Origin: Natronomonas sp.
GTDB lineage: Archaea; Halobacteriota; Halobacteria; Halobacteriales; Haloarculaceae
DNA: 50,010 nucleotides
Assembly (NCBI RefSeq): GCF_046710025.1
Contig: NZ_JBKEGK010000001.1
Span: 1 to 50,010, forward strand
Direction: 5' to 3'
Shown here: in pieces, positions 20,962-30,954 of the stretch
Layout of the letters: every line of letters begins with the position of its first letter
Numbering within the stretch: the first letter of the stretch is position 1
Position numbers and translations under genes: made by a program
Notes under the pieces: generated by a model
Database searches by the model: none
Seen by the model: the letters and a program-made list of their open reading frames with translations, nothing else
What the model was told of the DNA's origin: nothing

Positions 20962-23586
20962 TTAGTCTCCGGCGTCGGTGTCGTCCCTGTTCGCAGCACC
21001 CGCGCCGTCCGTGTCTTCCGCGTCTCCAGTGCCGTCCACGTCGTCGGCACCATCCGCGTCGTAGAGCCGCCGAAGCGCCGCCTCGGCACCCGACCGGGTC
21101 TTCAGATACCGGCGATCGCCGTCCGGCGTCCGAACCGCGAACCGGTACGTCTCGCTGTCGGGGCGGTACCACCGCTTCTGGTGGCGCGCCAGCGGCCCGT
21201 TGGAGGGGGCTCCTCCGTTGGATGTCCCCCCGGTCGGGTCCGTCGGTCTCGACGGAGCGGTTACCTCGGAGTCGCTGAGCGACCGTCCGTGGTCGCTCCG
21301 GCTCGACCGTTCCGCTCCCCCGTCGGCCGTCCCAACGAGAATGTCTCTTCCGGGGAACGGCGCCGCGTCGAGGCCGGTGTCGCACTCCTCGTTCGCCACG
21401 GCCGCTCGGGTCTTCTCCATCAGGATCGCTTGTGTGTCGATGACGCGTTCGCCGTCTTCGGGCCGCTGTTGATCGTAGCTCCCGTCGGGGTTCATCGTCC
21501 AGCGCCGCCGGTTGTCCGCGAGGATCAACTCGAGGTTGAACTTTAGCTGCCGGCGGATGTCGGGGTCCTCGACCGGGGTGACCGCCTCGACGCGGCTGTC
21601 GAGGTTCCGGGTCATCCAGTCGGCGCTCCCGATGTAGTACTCCGGATGTCCCCCGTCGATGTCGGCCGCCGACGGGTCGGAAGCCGCCCCGTCGTCTGTG
21701 TCGGCCGTCCGTGCGCCGTTCTCGAAGTAGAAGATCCGGGAGTGTTCGAGGAACCGGCCCACGACCGAGTGGACAGAGACGGTCTCGCTGATCCCCTCCA
21801 CCCCGGGGCGGAGCCGGCAGATGTCCCGGACGATGAGGTCGATGTCGACGCCCGCCATCGACGCCCGGTACAGTTCCTCCACGATCTCGGGGTCCTCGAG
21901 GCCGTTGACCTTCGCTACGATGCGGGCTGGACGGCCGGCTCGAGCGTGTCGCGCCTCGCGGCGAATACAGTAGGTGAACTCCTCGCGCATCGTCACCGGC
22001 GCGACGAGCAGTTTCCGGAACTGTTCGTCCAGTCCCGGCCCGGTAAAGGAGTTAAAAAGCGTGACGAGGTCCTGGCCGATGTCGCGGTCGGCGGTCAACA
22101 GCCCGAGGTCGACGTAGCCTTTGGCGGTCTCGGAGTGGTAGTTGCCGGTGCCGACGTGCGAGTAGAGGGTAACGTCGTCGTCATCCTCACGGACGACGAG
22201 GGCGGTCTTCGTGTGGGTCTTCAACCCGATGGTGCCGTAGGCGACGTGGATGCCGTTTTCCTCCAGGCGGCGGACCCACTCGAGGTTGTTCTGCTCGTCG
22301 AAGCGGGCCTTCAGTTCGACCATCACCGCGACCTGCTTGCCGTTTTCGGCCGCCTCAATGAGCGATTGAATGACCTGAGAGTCGCTCGCGGTCCGGTAGA
22401 TCGCCGCCTTCACCGCCAGCACGTCGGGATCGTTGGCCGCCTCGGTGAGAAAGCGCTGGACCGTCTCGTCGAAGTCGTGATAGGGGTGGTGCAGCAGAAT
22501 ATCGTCTTCGTCGATGTGCGAGAAGATACTCCGGGACTCCTCGTCCTCGTTGTCGGTTTCGAACGCCGAGCGCCCGTCCTCGCGAAGCCGCGGGTGGGAC
22601 TGTGGCGACCAGGGATCGAGTTTCAGGTCGGGACGGTCGAGATCCGTCAGCGAGGCGAAGTCCCGGTAGTCGATCGGCCCGTCGAGGTCGTATATTTCGC
22701 GCTCGTCAAGATCTAACTGTTCCTTGAGCGTCTCCCGGATGGCGGGGTCGGCATCCGATTCGATCTCCATTCGGACCGCGCTAGCGAAGCGGCGTTGCTC
22801 GAGCACGTCCTCGATCATCTCGATGAGGTCCTCGGCGACCTCCTCGTTCCGGCGCACTTCGGCGTTTCGCGTCAGGCGGAACAGCGCCGTGTCGAGTATC
22901 TCGACGTTCGGCAGGAGGAGATCGAGATTGTGTCGGATCAGTTCCTCGACGAGGACGTACCGTGCGCCCTCGCCTGCCTCGATCAGGCGGGGCCGATTCG
23001 GCGGGATCTTGATCCGGGTGAAGGTCGGGTCCTCGCTACCGTGCGGGCAGGTGAGCACCGCAAGCGACAGCGATCGGTTCGAAATGAACGGGAACGGGTG
23101 GGCCGGATCGAACGACAGCGGCGTCAGCGTCGGCTTGATCGACCGCTCGAAATGCCCGCGCAGCGCCGAGCGCGCATCCGCGTCGAGGTCGTCGTAGGCC
23201 ACGACCTCGATGCCCGCCCGGGCCAACGCCGGGCGGAGTTCCGTCTCGTAACAGTCGGCCTGTTCGCGCAACATCGGTTTGAGCTGTCCGTGGATCTCCT
23301 CCCACTGCTCGAGGGGGGTTCGGCCGTCGACGGTCGTCTCCGTGACCCCAGCCTCGATCTGTTGTTTGAGCCCGCCGACGCGCTTCATGACGAACTCGTC
23401 GAGGTTTCGGGTGACGATGGAGAGAAACCGGATCCGTTCGAGCAGCGGGGTCCGGTCGTCGAGAACTTCTCGGAGGACCCGCCGCTGGAACGCGAGTTCG
23501 CTCAATTCGCGGTTTAGATACAGCTCCGGATCGGTCGGGTCGACGTCGTCGGGCTCGTACGGTGCAATGTCGTGGCAATCGCTCAT
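20962..23586 (-). CDS. ppk1: Polyphosphate kinase 1 with C-terminal extension
   Basis: YLNRELSELAFQRRVL, HPFPFISN, LLHHPY, ELKARFDE, GRFLEHSR, GSADWMTRNL. Confidence 0.97.
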   Translation of the reverse strand: MSDCHDIAPYEPDDVDPTDPELYLNRELSELAFQRRVLREVLDDRTPLLERIRFLSIVTRNLDEFVMKRVGGLKQQIEAGVTETTVDGRTPLEQWEEIHGQLKPMLREQADCYETELRPALARAGIEVVAYDDLDADARSALRGHFERSIKPTLTPLSFDPAHPFPFISNRSLSLAVLTCPHGSEDPTFTRIKIPPNRPRLIEAGEGARYVLVEELIRHNLDLLLPNVEILDTALFRLTRNAEVRRNEEVAEDLIEMIEDVLEQRRFASAVRMEIESDADPAIRETLKEQLDLDEREIYDLDGPIDYRDFASLTDLDRPDLKLDPWSPQSHPRLREDGRSAFETDNEDEESRSIFSHIDEDDILLHHPYHDFDETVQRFLTEAANDPDVLAVKAAIYRTASDSQVIQSLIEAAENGKQVAVMVELKARFDEQNNLEWVRRLEENGIHVAYGTIGLKTHTKTALVVREDDDDVTLYSHVGTGNYHSETAKGYVDLGLLTADRDIGQDLVTLFNSFTGPGLDEQFRKLLVAPVTMREEFTYCIRREARHARAGRPARIVAKVNGLEDPEIVEELYRASMAGVDIDLIVRDICRLRPGVEGISETVSVHSVVGRFLEHSRIFYFENGARTADTDDGAASDPSAADIDGGHPEYYIGSADWMTRNLDSRVEAVTPVEDPDIRRQLKFNLELILADNRRRWTMNPDGSYDQQRPEDGERVIDTQAILMEKTRAAVANEECDTGLDAAPFPGRDILVGTADGGAERSSRSDHGRSLSDSEVTAPSRPTDPTGGTSNGGAPSNGPLARHQKRWYRPDSETYRFAVRTPDGDRRYLKTRSGAEAALRRLYDADGADDVDGTGDAEDTDGAGAANRDDTDAGD

Positions 23587-24296
23587 GACGGTCTGTCGGG
23601 CGTTGCGAGCCGCGGTTCGACGATGCTGTCACTCGAGCGGGGGCGGTACGTCTCGGGCGGGCCGACGCTGATGAACTCCGAATTGCGGTAGTCGTAGGCG
23701 GTCAACCGGCCCCCGTAGACACAGCCCGTATCGAGGCCGACGGCATAATCACTCTCGAAGGGGTCCGCGAGAACGGTGTGGCCGAAGAAGACCCGTGGCG
23801 ACTCCCGGCGCGTCTCGAACCAGAATGGGCGCTCGTACCCGCCCTCCGGGGCGAGCGAGCGGGTGTTCAGGAGTTCGGTGAGCGTATGCTCGGCGACCGG
23901 CTTTCGGTGGTCGATCCCGCCGTGGACGACCACGGCGTCGTCCCACGAGATCACGACCGGCAGCGAGTCGAGGTACGCGAGGTCGTCATCGGCCAGCGAG
24001 TCGATCGATTTTCGACCATCAAGGAGTTTCTGTTCGTTGTTGCCCCGGACGGCGAGAAGGTTCGAACGCGATTTGACGATATCGAGGACACCCTTGCTAT
24101 CGGGGCCTTTCCGGACCAGGTCGCCGACGAAAACCACGAGGTCGTCCTGATCGGGGGCCAGCGAGTCGAGGAGCCGTTCGAGCGTCGCCCGGCAGCCGTG
24201 AACGTCGCCGACGACGTAGATGTTGTCCCAGTCGTCGCCGTCGAGTGTCCGGTGGCTCGCATCAACGTCCGTATCGAGCGTCAGTTCGGGTACCAT
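23583..24296 (-). CDS. Calcineurin-like metallophosphoesterase (PrpA/ApaH-like)
   Basis: GDVHG, GDLVRKGP, RGNNE, VHGG, FGHT, LDTGCVYGG; ATGA overlap with ppk1. Confidence 0.9.
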   Translation of the reverse strand: MVPELTLDTDVDASHRTLDGDDWDNIYVVGDVHGCRATLERLLDSLAPDQDDLVVFVGDLVRKGPDSKGVLDIVKSRSNLLAVRGNNEQKLLDGRKSIDSLADDDLAYLDSLPVVISWDDAVVVHGGIDHRKPVAEHTLTELLNTRSLAPEGGYERPFWFETRRESPRVFFGHTVLADPFESDYAVGLDTGCVYGGRLTAYDYRNSEFISVGPPETYRPRSSDSIVEPRLATPDRPS

Positions 24297-24417
24297 GAGT
24301 AACGTGTGCGCCGTGTGGCGGATATCGAATGAACCGGCGTCAGTTATTTAGACCGTTATATGAGCCATATATAGGTATATGTACCGGTACGTGTACTTTT
24401 GACTCTACGTAAAATAG

Positions 24418-25260
24418 TTACACGTACAGAAGTGGGACCATCGCCGCGACGCCGGAGAGGACGCCGACGAGCAACTCGCGGCGACCCCCGCCCGGCAGGT
24501 CGGCGCCGGTGTCGAGCGCCTCGGGAATGAACTCGGTCACAACCAGATACACCATCGCACCCGCGGCGAAGCCGAACCCGAAGGGCAGGAACTCCCGGGC
24601 CCACGTGACGAACACGAACGCGATGACGGCGCCGATCGGCTGTGGGAGACTCGAGAAGACGGCCGCCCCGACCATCCGCCACTTCGAGAGCCCCATCGCT
24701 CGCATCGGGATGGCGATGGCCGTTCCCTCGGGGATGTTGTGAATCGAGATGGCGATGGTCATAAACACCGCGAGCAGCGGCACCGAGATCCCGAGAATCG
24801 GGAGGCCACTCTCCAGGCCGAGTTCGGCGAAGGAGACCCCGACCGCGACGCCCTCGGGGAAACTGTGGACCGTGAGGATGCCGAGGATGAGGACGAGTTT
24901 CTTCAGGTCGGCCTCGGCGAACGCCGCAGCCTCGAGGGGGGCGTCCTCCTCGCCGAGGGTCGGGTCGTCGGTCCCGCCGACGTCGACCGAGTCGAGCACC
25001 CGGTCGGCAACCTCGACGAGGAGAACACCCACGAGGAGGCCGCCGATCAGGAGCGTTGGGATCCCCGCCGACGAGTAGGTCAGCCCCTCGTTGATGAGGC
25101 CAAAGAGCGACGCCGAGACCATGATCCCCGAGGCGATACCCCACAGCGCGACGTTCCACCGGTCGCTAAAGTCCTCGACGAAAAAGAACGGGATCGCGCC
25201 GAGGCCGGTGGCGAGCGCCGTCATCAGTCCGGCGACGAAGACGAAGGCGATGTTCTCCAC
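24418..25260 (-). CDS. ZIP (ZupT/GufA) family metal transporter
   Basis: HSFPEGVAVG, HNIPEG, FAAGAMVYLV..E.IPEA. Confidence 0.92.
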   Translation of the reverse strand: MENIAFVFVAGLMTALATGLGAIPFFFVEDFSDRWNVALWGIASGIMVSASLFGLINEGLTYSSAGIPTLLIGGLLVGVLLVEVADRVLDSVDVGGTDDPTLGEEDAPLEAAAFAEADLKKLVLILGILTVHSFPEGVAVGVSFAELGLESGLPILGISVPLLAVFMTIAISIHNIPEGTAIAIPMRAMGLSKWRMVGAAVFSSLPQPIGAVIAFVFVTWAREFLPFGFGFAAGAMVYLVVTEFIPEALDTGADLPGGGRRELLVGVLSGVAAMVPLLYV

Positions 25261-25517
25261 GTGTACTCCGACTTCACGTTCGGTGGCAAAAAGAGTTTCT
25301 AAGAAGCAAATATATTTTTGGTTATCCTAAAACACGCTGTCCGGTGCGGTCCAGACTCCGGGGTCCGATCGCCTGTTAAATACGGACCGCGCCCCTCACC
25401 TCGGGACGTTCCCCGGCAGCGGCCCTCCCGTTGCCCCAGCGTGACCGGTTCGACCGGCCCGTTTCCTCATTCCGAACGGAGGGCGGACGCCGCCGGAATG
25501 CGCCGGGCGTCTCTCCG

Positions 25518-26270
25518 TCACCCCGTCAGTTCGAGTTCGATGACGTTGCCCGCCTGCTCGAGGACAGTCCGGATCGCGGCCTCCGTCTCGCCGCCGGAAA
25601 CCCGACTCACGGGGCCGGTAATGCTGATCGCGGCCGGCCGCTCGTTCGGCGTCGACAGCGGGCGGGCGATGCAGGCCATCCCCTCGACGCACTCCTCGCG
25701 GTCGTAGGCGATCCCCTCGGCGCGGATCTCGTCGAGTTCCTCGAATAGCTCCGTCTGCTCGGTGATCGTGTGCTCGGTCACGCGGGGGAGGCCACGGGAC
25801 TCGACGATGGTCTCGACTCGCTCCTCGGACAGCGTCGCGAGGATCGCCTTGCCGAGTCCCGTCGCATGGAGGTTGGCGCGGCGGCCGGTCTGGGTGTCGA
25901 TGTCGACGGCGTCCTCGCCCCGAGACGTGTGGATGTAGACGCCCCAGCCGTCCTCCTCGAACATGAGGTTCGCGAGTTCGCCCGTCTCGTCCGCCATCGT
26001 CCGCAGCTGCGGACGGGCGGTGTCGTAGACGCCGTCGTAACGCTGTGCGTAGCCGCCAAACTCCAGGGCCCGAAGTCCGATCCGGTATTTGTCGTCGTGT
26101 TTGACGACGAGGCCGTTGGAATCGAGCGTATTGAGGTGTTTATAAACGGTGCTCTTGGCGACCGAGAGGTGCGTCGCGAGCTCGGTGATGCCCGCCTCCC
26201 CGCCGAGTTCGATGAGCCCCTCGAGCATCCGGATCGAGGTCTCGGTCGCCCGGACGCGGTCGTCGTCCAT
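25518..26270 (-). CDS. IclR family transcriptional regulator
   Basis: HTH GITELA..KSTVYKHLNTL; effector domain HATGLGKAILA, T.HTIT, DREECVEG; start MDDDRV at 26270. Confidence 0.92.
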   Translation of the reverse strand: MDDDRVRATETSIRMLEGLIELGGEAGITELATHLSVAKSTVYKHLNTLDSNGLVVKHDDKYRIGLRALEFGGYAQRYDGVYDTARPQLRTMADETGELANLMFEEDGWGVYIHTSRGEDAVDIDTQTGRRANLHATGLGKAILATLSEERVETIVESRGLPRVTEHTITEQTELFEELDEIRAEGIAYDREECVEGMACIARPLSTPNERPAAISITGPVSRVSGGETEAAIRTVLEQAGNVIELELTG

Positions 26271-26523
26271 ACTGCCACTTCGATAGCTCCGCTGATAAGC
26301 GTTGTTCGATCCCCGGTTTGGGGGTGCGTTCACGTCTGCGAAACGGCCAGCGGCCCCGCGTTCCAACCGCGTTGTTTCATACTCCCGAAATAAGCGGGGG
26401 AGCGGCCATATAACCCGCATATACCGATATTAGACGCCCATGTACCGGTCCAGCAGCCGTTCGCCAGGAAGAAACATAGATTATTCGACATATTAATACG
26501 GGTCCAGCCCATACATACATTTG

Positions 26524-26640
26524 ATGTCACAGAAGCAAGCCGACGACGTCGAACTGCTGCGACTGAAGAACAGCCCGCGACGAACTGACCTGCAGAAGGC
26601 GAACCGACCGGTCGACAAACTCCTCGAGCTGTTTCGGTAA
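26524..26640 (+). CDS. Candidate 38-aa small protein MSQKQADDVELLRLKNSPRRTDLQKANRPVDKLLELFR
   Basis: Below the ORF-track cutoff; TATTAATA at 26491-26498 lies 25 nt before the ATG; GC-rich third positions. Confidence 0.35.
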   Translation: MSQKQADDVELLRLKNSPRRTDLQKANRPVDKLLELFR

Positions 26641-26944
26641 CGACTGGAGGCGGCGTTGCGGACCTCCCTCGCGGTACCGATTTTCTCATTCTGACACGAC
26701 GCTGACCCGGATCGTGCGGTGTGTCACTACCTGATTCAAGCAGAGAGAATCTCGCCCTAACCAGTAGTTGCCGAATCAATTCTCTCTGCGATTAATTCTG
26801 GACACATAGATTAAAATAAACGCCGATGTCGACCCCCATATGAATACGTATATAAATGAATTCCACCAGCCTCTCTGACATCTACCGGAGCCCACACGAT
26901 CTGTTGGCAGTCATCGACACTCAACCCGAGGTTCGGCAACTACT

Positions 26945-26967
26945 GTTCACGGCGAGGAGGATGTCAT
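26945..26967 (+). mobile_element. IS200/IS605 (IS1341-type) right-end remnant
   Basis: GTTCACGGCGAGGAGGATGTCA matches the haloarchaeal tnpB right-end pattern (reads ...FTARRMS*); the 5' arm of the hairpin is missing. Confidence 0.55.
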
Positions 26968-27198
26968 AGCGTACCTGGCACGATCCCATCCGGTCGACGG
27001 GTTGGGAGCCAGCGGGAACGCGGCGAGCGGGCGCTGTACGTCTGGATTCTCACACCGCGTAAGCGAAGCTTTTTATCTGGAACGAACGACCGATGAGATA
27101 TGAGCGCGACCCGGTTCGTAGTACGTTGACCCCGAGCGCGCCCTATTTATAGCGCGCACGTGTCCCGTGACTACCGGCCGGTCTCCGCGAGACAAACC

Positions 27199-29817
27199 AT
27201 GAGCGAGGTTCCAGACAGCTACGACCCCGAGGAGGCGGAGCGGAAATGGCGCGACGAGTGGCTCGATTCGGACGTCTACGGGTACGACGACGACCCCGAA
27301 CGTCCCGACTACATCATCGACACCCCGCCGCCGTACCCGACCGGTAACCTCCACATCGGCAACGCGCTGGGGTGGTGTTACATGGATTATGCGGCCCGGT
27401 ACCACCGGCTCCGGGGGGACGACGTGCTCTTTCCGCAGGGGTGGGACTGCCACGGCCTCCCGACGGAGGTGAAAGTCGAGGAGAACCGAGACATCCATCG
27501 GACTGATGTTTCCCGCGAGCAGTTCCGCGAGTGGTGTGTCGAGCACACCGAATCCCAGATCGGCGCGATGAAGGAGACGATGTTGACGCTCGGGTTCTCA
27601 CAGGACTGGGACCACGAGTTCCGAACGATGAACGACGACTACTGGGGGGAGACCCAGCGGTCGTTCGTCGAGATGGCCGATTCGGGCTACGTCTATCAAG
27701 ACGAACACCCCGTCAACTGGTGTCCGCGCTGTGAGACCGCCATCGCCGACGCGGAGGTCGAAAACGAGGACCGCGAGGGCACGCTGTACTACGTCACGTT
27801 TGAGGGGGTCGGCAACGACGGTATCGAGATCGCAACGACCCGTCCGGAACTGCTCGCGGCCTGCGTCTCGATGGCCGTCGACCCCGACGACGAGCGCTAC
27901 GCGGACCGGGTCGGCGATACGTTCGAGGTGCCGCTGTTCGGCCAAGAGGTCGAGTTGATCGCCGACGACGATGTCGATGGCGACTTCGGGACCGGCGCGG
28001 TGATGATCTGTACGTTCGGCGACAAACAGGACGTCGACTGGTGGATCGAGCACGATCTCGACCTCCGCGCCGTCTTCACTGAGGACGGCCGGCTCAACGA
28101 ACTGGCCGGCGAGTTCGAGGGACTCCCGATCGACGAGGCCAAGACCGAGATCGCCGCGGCGCTCGAAGAGTCGGGCCACCGCAACGACACGGAGCCGACC
28201 GAACAGTCGGTCGGGCAGTGTTGGCGCTGTGACACGCCGATCGAGATCCTCTCAAAGGAACAGTGGTTCGTCGAGGTGAACCGCGAGGAGATCCTCGAAT
28301 CCGCCAAAGCGGTCGAGTGGTTCCCGGAGCACATGTACACCCGCCTAGAGGAGTGGACCGAGGGGATGGAATGGGACTGGGTGATCTCCAGACAGCGCGT
28401 CTTCGCGACGCCGATCCCCGCCTGGGAGTGTACCGAGTGCGGCCACGTCGAGATCGCCACGGGCGAGGCGGTCCCCGTCGATCCGACGACCGAGGAGCCG
28501 GGCGTCGGCGAGTGCCCCAAGTGTGGTAGCGACGAGTGGACCGGCGAAACGGACGTGATGGACACTTGGATGGACTCGTCGATCTCGCCGATGTACGTCG
28601 CCGACTGGCCCGAGGAGAGCTTCGAGCCCGTGCAGTTGCGCGAGCAGGGCCACGACATCATTCGGACGTGGGCTTTTTATACTATCCTCCGGACGACGGC
28701 GGTCACGGGCGAGATTCCCTGGGAGGACGCACTCATAAACGGGATGGTGTTCGGCGACGACGGCAACAAGATGTCAAAATCCCGTGGGAACTTCGTCCAG
28801 CCCGAGGAGGTCGTCGAGGAACACTCCGCGGACGCCTTCCGACAGGCGATGGCGCTCGGCGGCCAGCCCGGAAGCGACATTCAGTTCCAGTGGAAGGAGG
28901 TGACCTCGGCGACCCGGTTCCAGACGAAACTGTGGAACATCACGAAGTTCGCCGCCGAACACATCGACGAATCGACGCCGGAGATCAAAAACCCGGCGTA
29001 CCGGGACGCCGACGCGTGGATCCGATCGAAGTGCGATCGGGTCGCCGAGGAGGTTGCCGCGGACATGGACGAGTACCGCTTCGACAGCGCGCTCCGCCGG
29101 GTCCGGGACTTCGTCTGGCACGACTTGGCCGACGATTATCTCGAACTAATAAAGGGTCGGCTCTACGAGGGCCGCCCCGGCGAACGGCGGGCCGCCGAGT
29201 ACACTCTTTACACCGCGTTGAGCGCGTCGTTGCGGATGTTGTCGCCCTTTGCGCCGTTTATCACCGAGGAAGCCTGGGAGCATCTTCCCACGGAAGGAAG
29301 CGTCCACGGGGCCTCCTGGCCCGAGATCGGCGAACGGGACCGTGACGCCGAGGCCCGCGGCGAATCGATCGCGGAGATCGCCGCGACGATCCGCGGATGG
29401 AAGTCCGACGAGGGCAAGCCCCTAAACGCCGATCTCGACCGCGTCGAGGTGTATCTCGACGAGAAACGCCCACTCGACACGTACGATCTGGCCGACACGG
29501 TCAACGGCCCGGTGTACATCGAGGCGGGGTCGCCGAACGTCGAGTTGGTTCCGGTGGCGGTCGATATCGACCACAGCGAACTCGGGCCCGTCTTCCGCGA
29601 TCAGGCCGGCGCGGTCGTCGGCCGCCTGGAATCGGCCGACCCGGTCGAGTTACAGACCGAACTCGACACCGCGGGCCACGTCGAGTTCGAGGTCGACGGC
29701 GAGTCCGTCGTCGTCGAACCGGAGATGTTCGATGTCGTCAAAGAGCAACGCGCCGAGGGCGGCGAGACGGTCACCGTTCTTGAAGCCGGTGAGGCGACGG
29801 TGCTGGTCTTCGAGTAG
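27199..29817 (+). CDS. valS: Valine--tRNA ligase
   Basis: [44 protein letters not shown]. Confidence 0.97.
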   Translation: MSEVPDSYDPEEAERKWRDEWLDSDVYGYDDDPERPDYIIDTPPPYPTGNLHIGNALGWCYMDYAARYHRLRGDDVLFPQGWDCHGLPTEVKVEENRDIHRTDVSREQFREWCVEHTESQIGAMKETMLTLGFSQDWDHEFRTMNDDYWGETQRSFVEMADSGYVYQDEHPVNWCPRCETAIADAEVENEDREGTLYYVTFEGVGNDGIEIATTRPELLAACVSMAVDPDDERYADRVGDTFEVPLFGQEVELIADDDVDGDFGTGAVMICTFGDKQDVDWWIEHDLDLRAVFTEDGRLNELAGEFEGLPIDEAKTEIAAALEESGHRNDTEPTEQSVGQCWRCDTPIEILSKEQWFVEVNREEILESAKAVEWFPEHMYTRLEEWTEGMEWDWVISRQRVFATPIPAWECTECGHVEIATGEAVPVDPTTEEPGVGECPKCGSDEWTGETDVMDTWMDSSISPMYVADWPEESFEPVQLREQGHDIIRTWAFYTILRTTAVTGEIPWEDALINGMVFGDDGNKMSKSRGNFVQPEEVVEEHSADAFRQAMALGGQPGSDIQFQWKEVTSATRFQTKLWNITKFAAEHIDESTPEIKNPAYRDADAWIRSKCDRVAEEVAADMDEYRFDSALRRVRDFVWHDLADDYLELIKGRLYEGRPGERRAAEYTLYTALSASLRMLSPFAPFITEEAWEHLPTEGSVHGASWPEIGERDRDAEARGESIAEIAATIRGWKSDEGKPLNADLDRVEVYLDEKRPLDTYDLADTVNGPVYIEAGSPNVELVPVAVDIDHSELGPVFRDQAGAVVGRLESADPVELQTELDTAGHVEFEVDGESVVVEPEMFDVVKEQRAEGGETVTVLEAGEATVLVFE

Positions 29818-30084
29818 CCGACCCCGTCTGTGTTCTGCGCCGCTTTGAACCATCATTTTTATTCCCTGACCCGTGGGGAACACCCTCGTGTCCTCGGTGT
29901 GCAGATACTGCGCCCTTATATACCCGTGCTCGCGTTCGGGGCTGTTTGGGAACCACGACGAGTGCAATACTGGTAGCTATTAATCGAGTCTAACTATACA
30001 CTGGTAGCTTCGAGCGGTAGATGTGGGAACTTCGTTCCGGAAAAAACAGGTTTTAAGTACCACGCAGTATTTCAATGCGATATT

Positions 30085-30954
30085 GTGTCAGTTGGTACAC
30101 CAACACAAGGGCTGTCGGTTCCGTGGGGTATCCTGCGGAGCGTTCGGAAACTCCGGAACGCACAGAGCCGTGACGGCTGTGCGATCGGGTGCGATCACGC
30201 CCGAACCGACGATAGCCGGCTCCCGTGGTCGAGCGACGGGGCCTACGGCGGTTGGGGCGGCGGGGCGTACCACGGCACTGACGCCGACAGCGACCGCCGG
30301 CCCGTTGTCTTCGTCCACGGCAACCAACGCGACGCCTGCGATTGGGCCCCCCACGCCTCATTTTTTCTCCAGCGGGGCTACACCGGTGACGACCTCTGGG
30401 CGATCACCTTCCGGGAGGGAACCTCGACCCACGAGTCGATGGCCGAACAGCTCGACGACTTCGTCCGGAATGTAACATCCCACACCCAAACCGACGCCGT
30501 CGACATCGTCGGCCACAGCCTCGGTGTCACCGGTCTCCGGTACTGGCTAGCGAGTCGTGGACGCTTCGGGTGGATCGACACCTTCGTCGGCCTCGCCGGT
30601 GCGAACCACGGGACCGTCCTGAGCACGTGGTGTGCCGAGACGGGGTTTCAGGGCGGTGCCTACGGCAGCAGCGAGTTCTTGCGCTCGGACTACAACGAGA
30701 TCCCGGGCCACCCGCTCGCGAGTCTCAATGCCGACGAGACGCCCGGTGATATCGACTACTACACGCTTCGGGGCACCGACGACACCCTCTTTTGGCGCTG
30801 TCCGGATAGCCCCGTCCTCGAAGGGGCGACGAACGTCGAACTCGAGACCGATCACGACGGCGTCCGCCGCGACCAGCGGGCGATCGAGCACGTGTTCAAA
30901 TGGGTCTCCGGAACCCACCCATACAACATCCAACATCAGGTTGCGGTGCCGTAG
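30085..30954 (+). CDS. Alpha/beta hydrolase, lipase class 2 / PhaZ7-like
   Basis: PVVFVHGN oxyanion motif, VDIVGHSLG nucleophile elbow, LAGANHG, D..H catalytic residues; start uncertain. Confidence 0.82.
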   Translation: MSVGTPTQGLSVPWGILRSVRKLRNAQSRDGCAIGCDHARTDDSRLPWSSDGAYGGWGGGAYHGTDADSDRRPVVFVHGNQRDACDWAPHASFFLQRGYTGDDLWAITFREGTSTHESMAEQLDDFVRNVTSHTQTDAVDIVGHSLGVTGLRYWLASRGRFGWIDTFVGLAGANHGTVLSTWCAETGFQGGAYGSSEFLRSDYNEIPGHPLASLNADETPGDIDYYTLRGTDDTLFWRCPDSPVLEGATNVELETDHDGVRRDQRAIEHVFKWVSGTHPYNIQHQVAVP

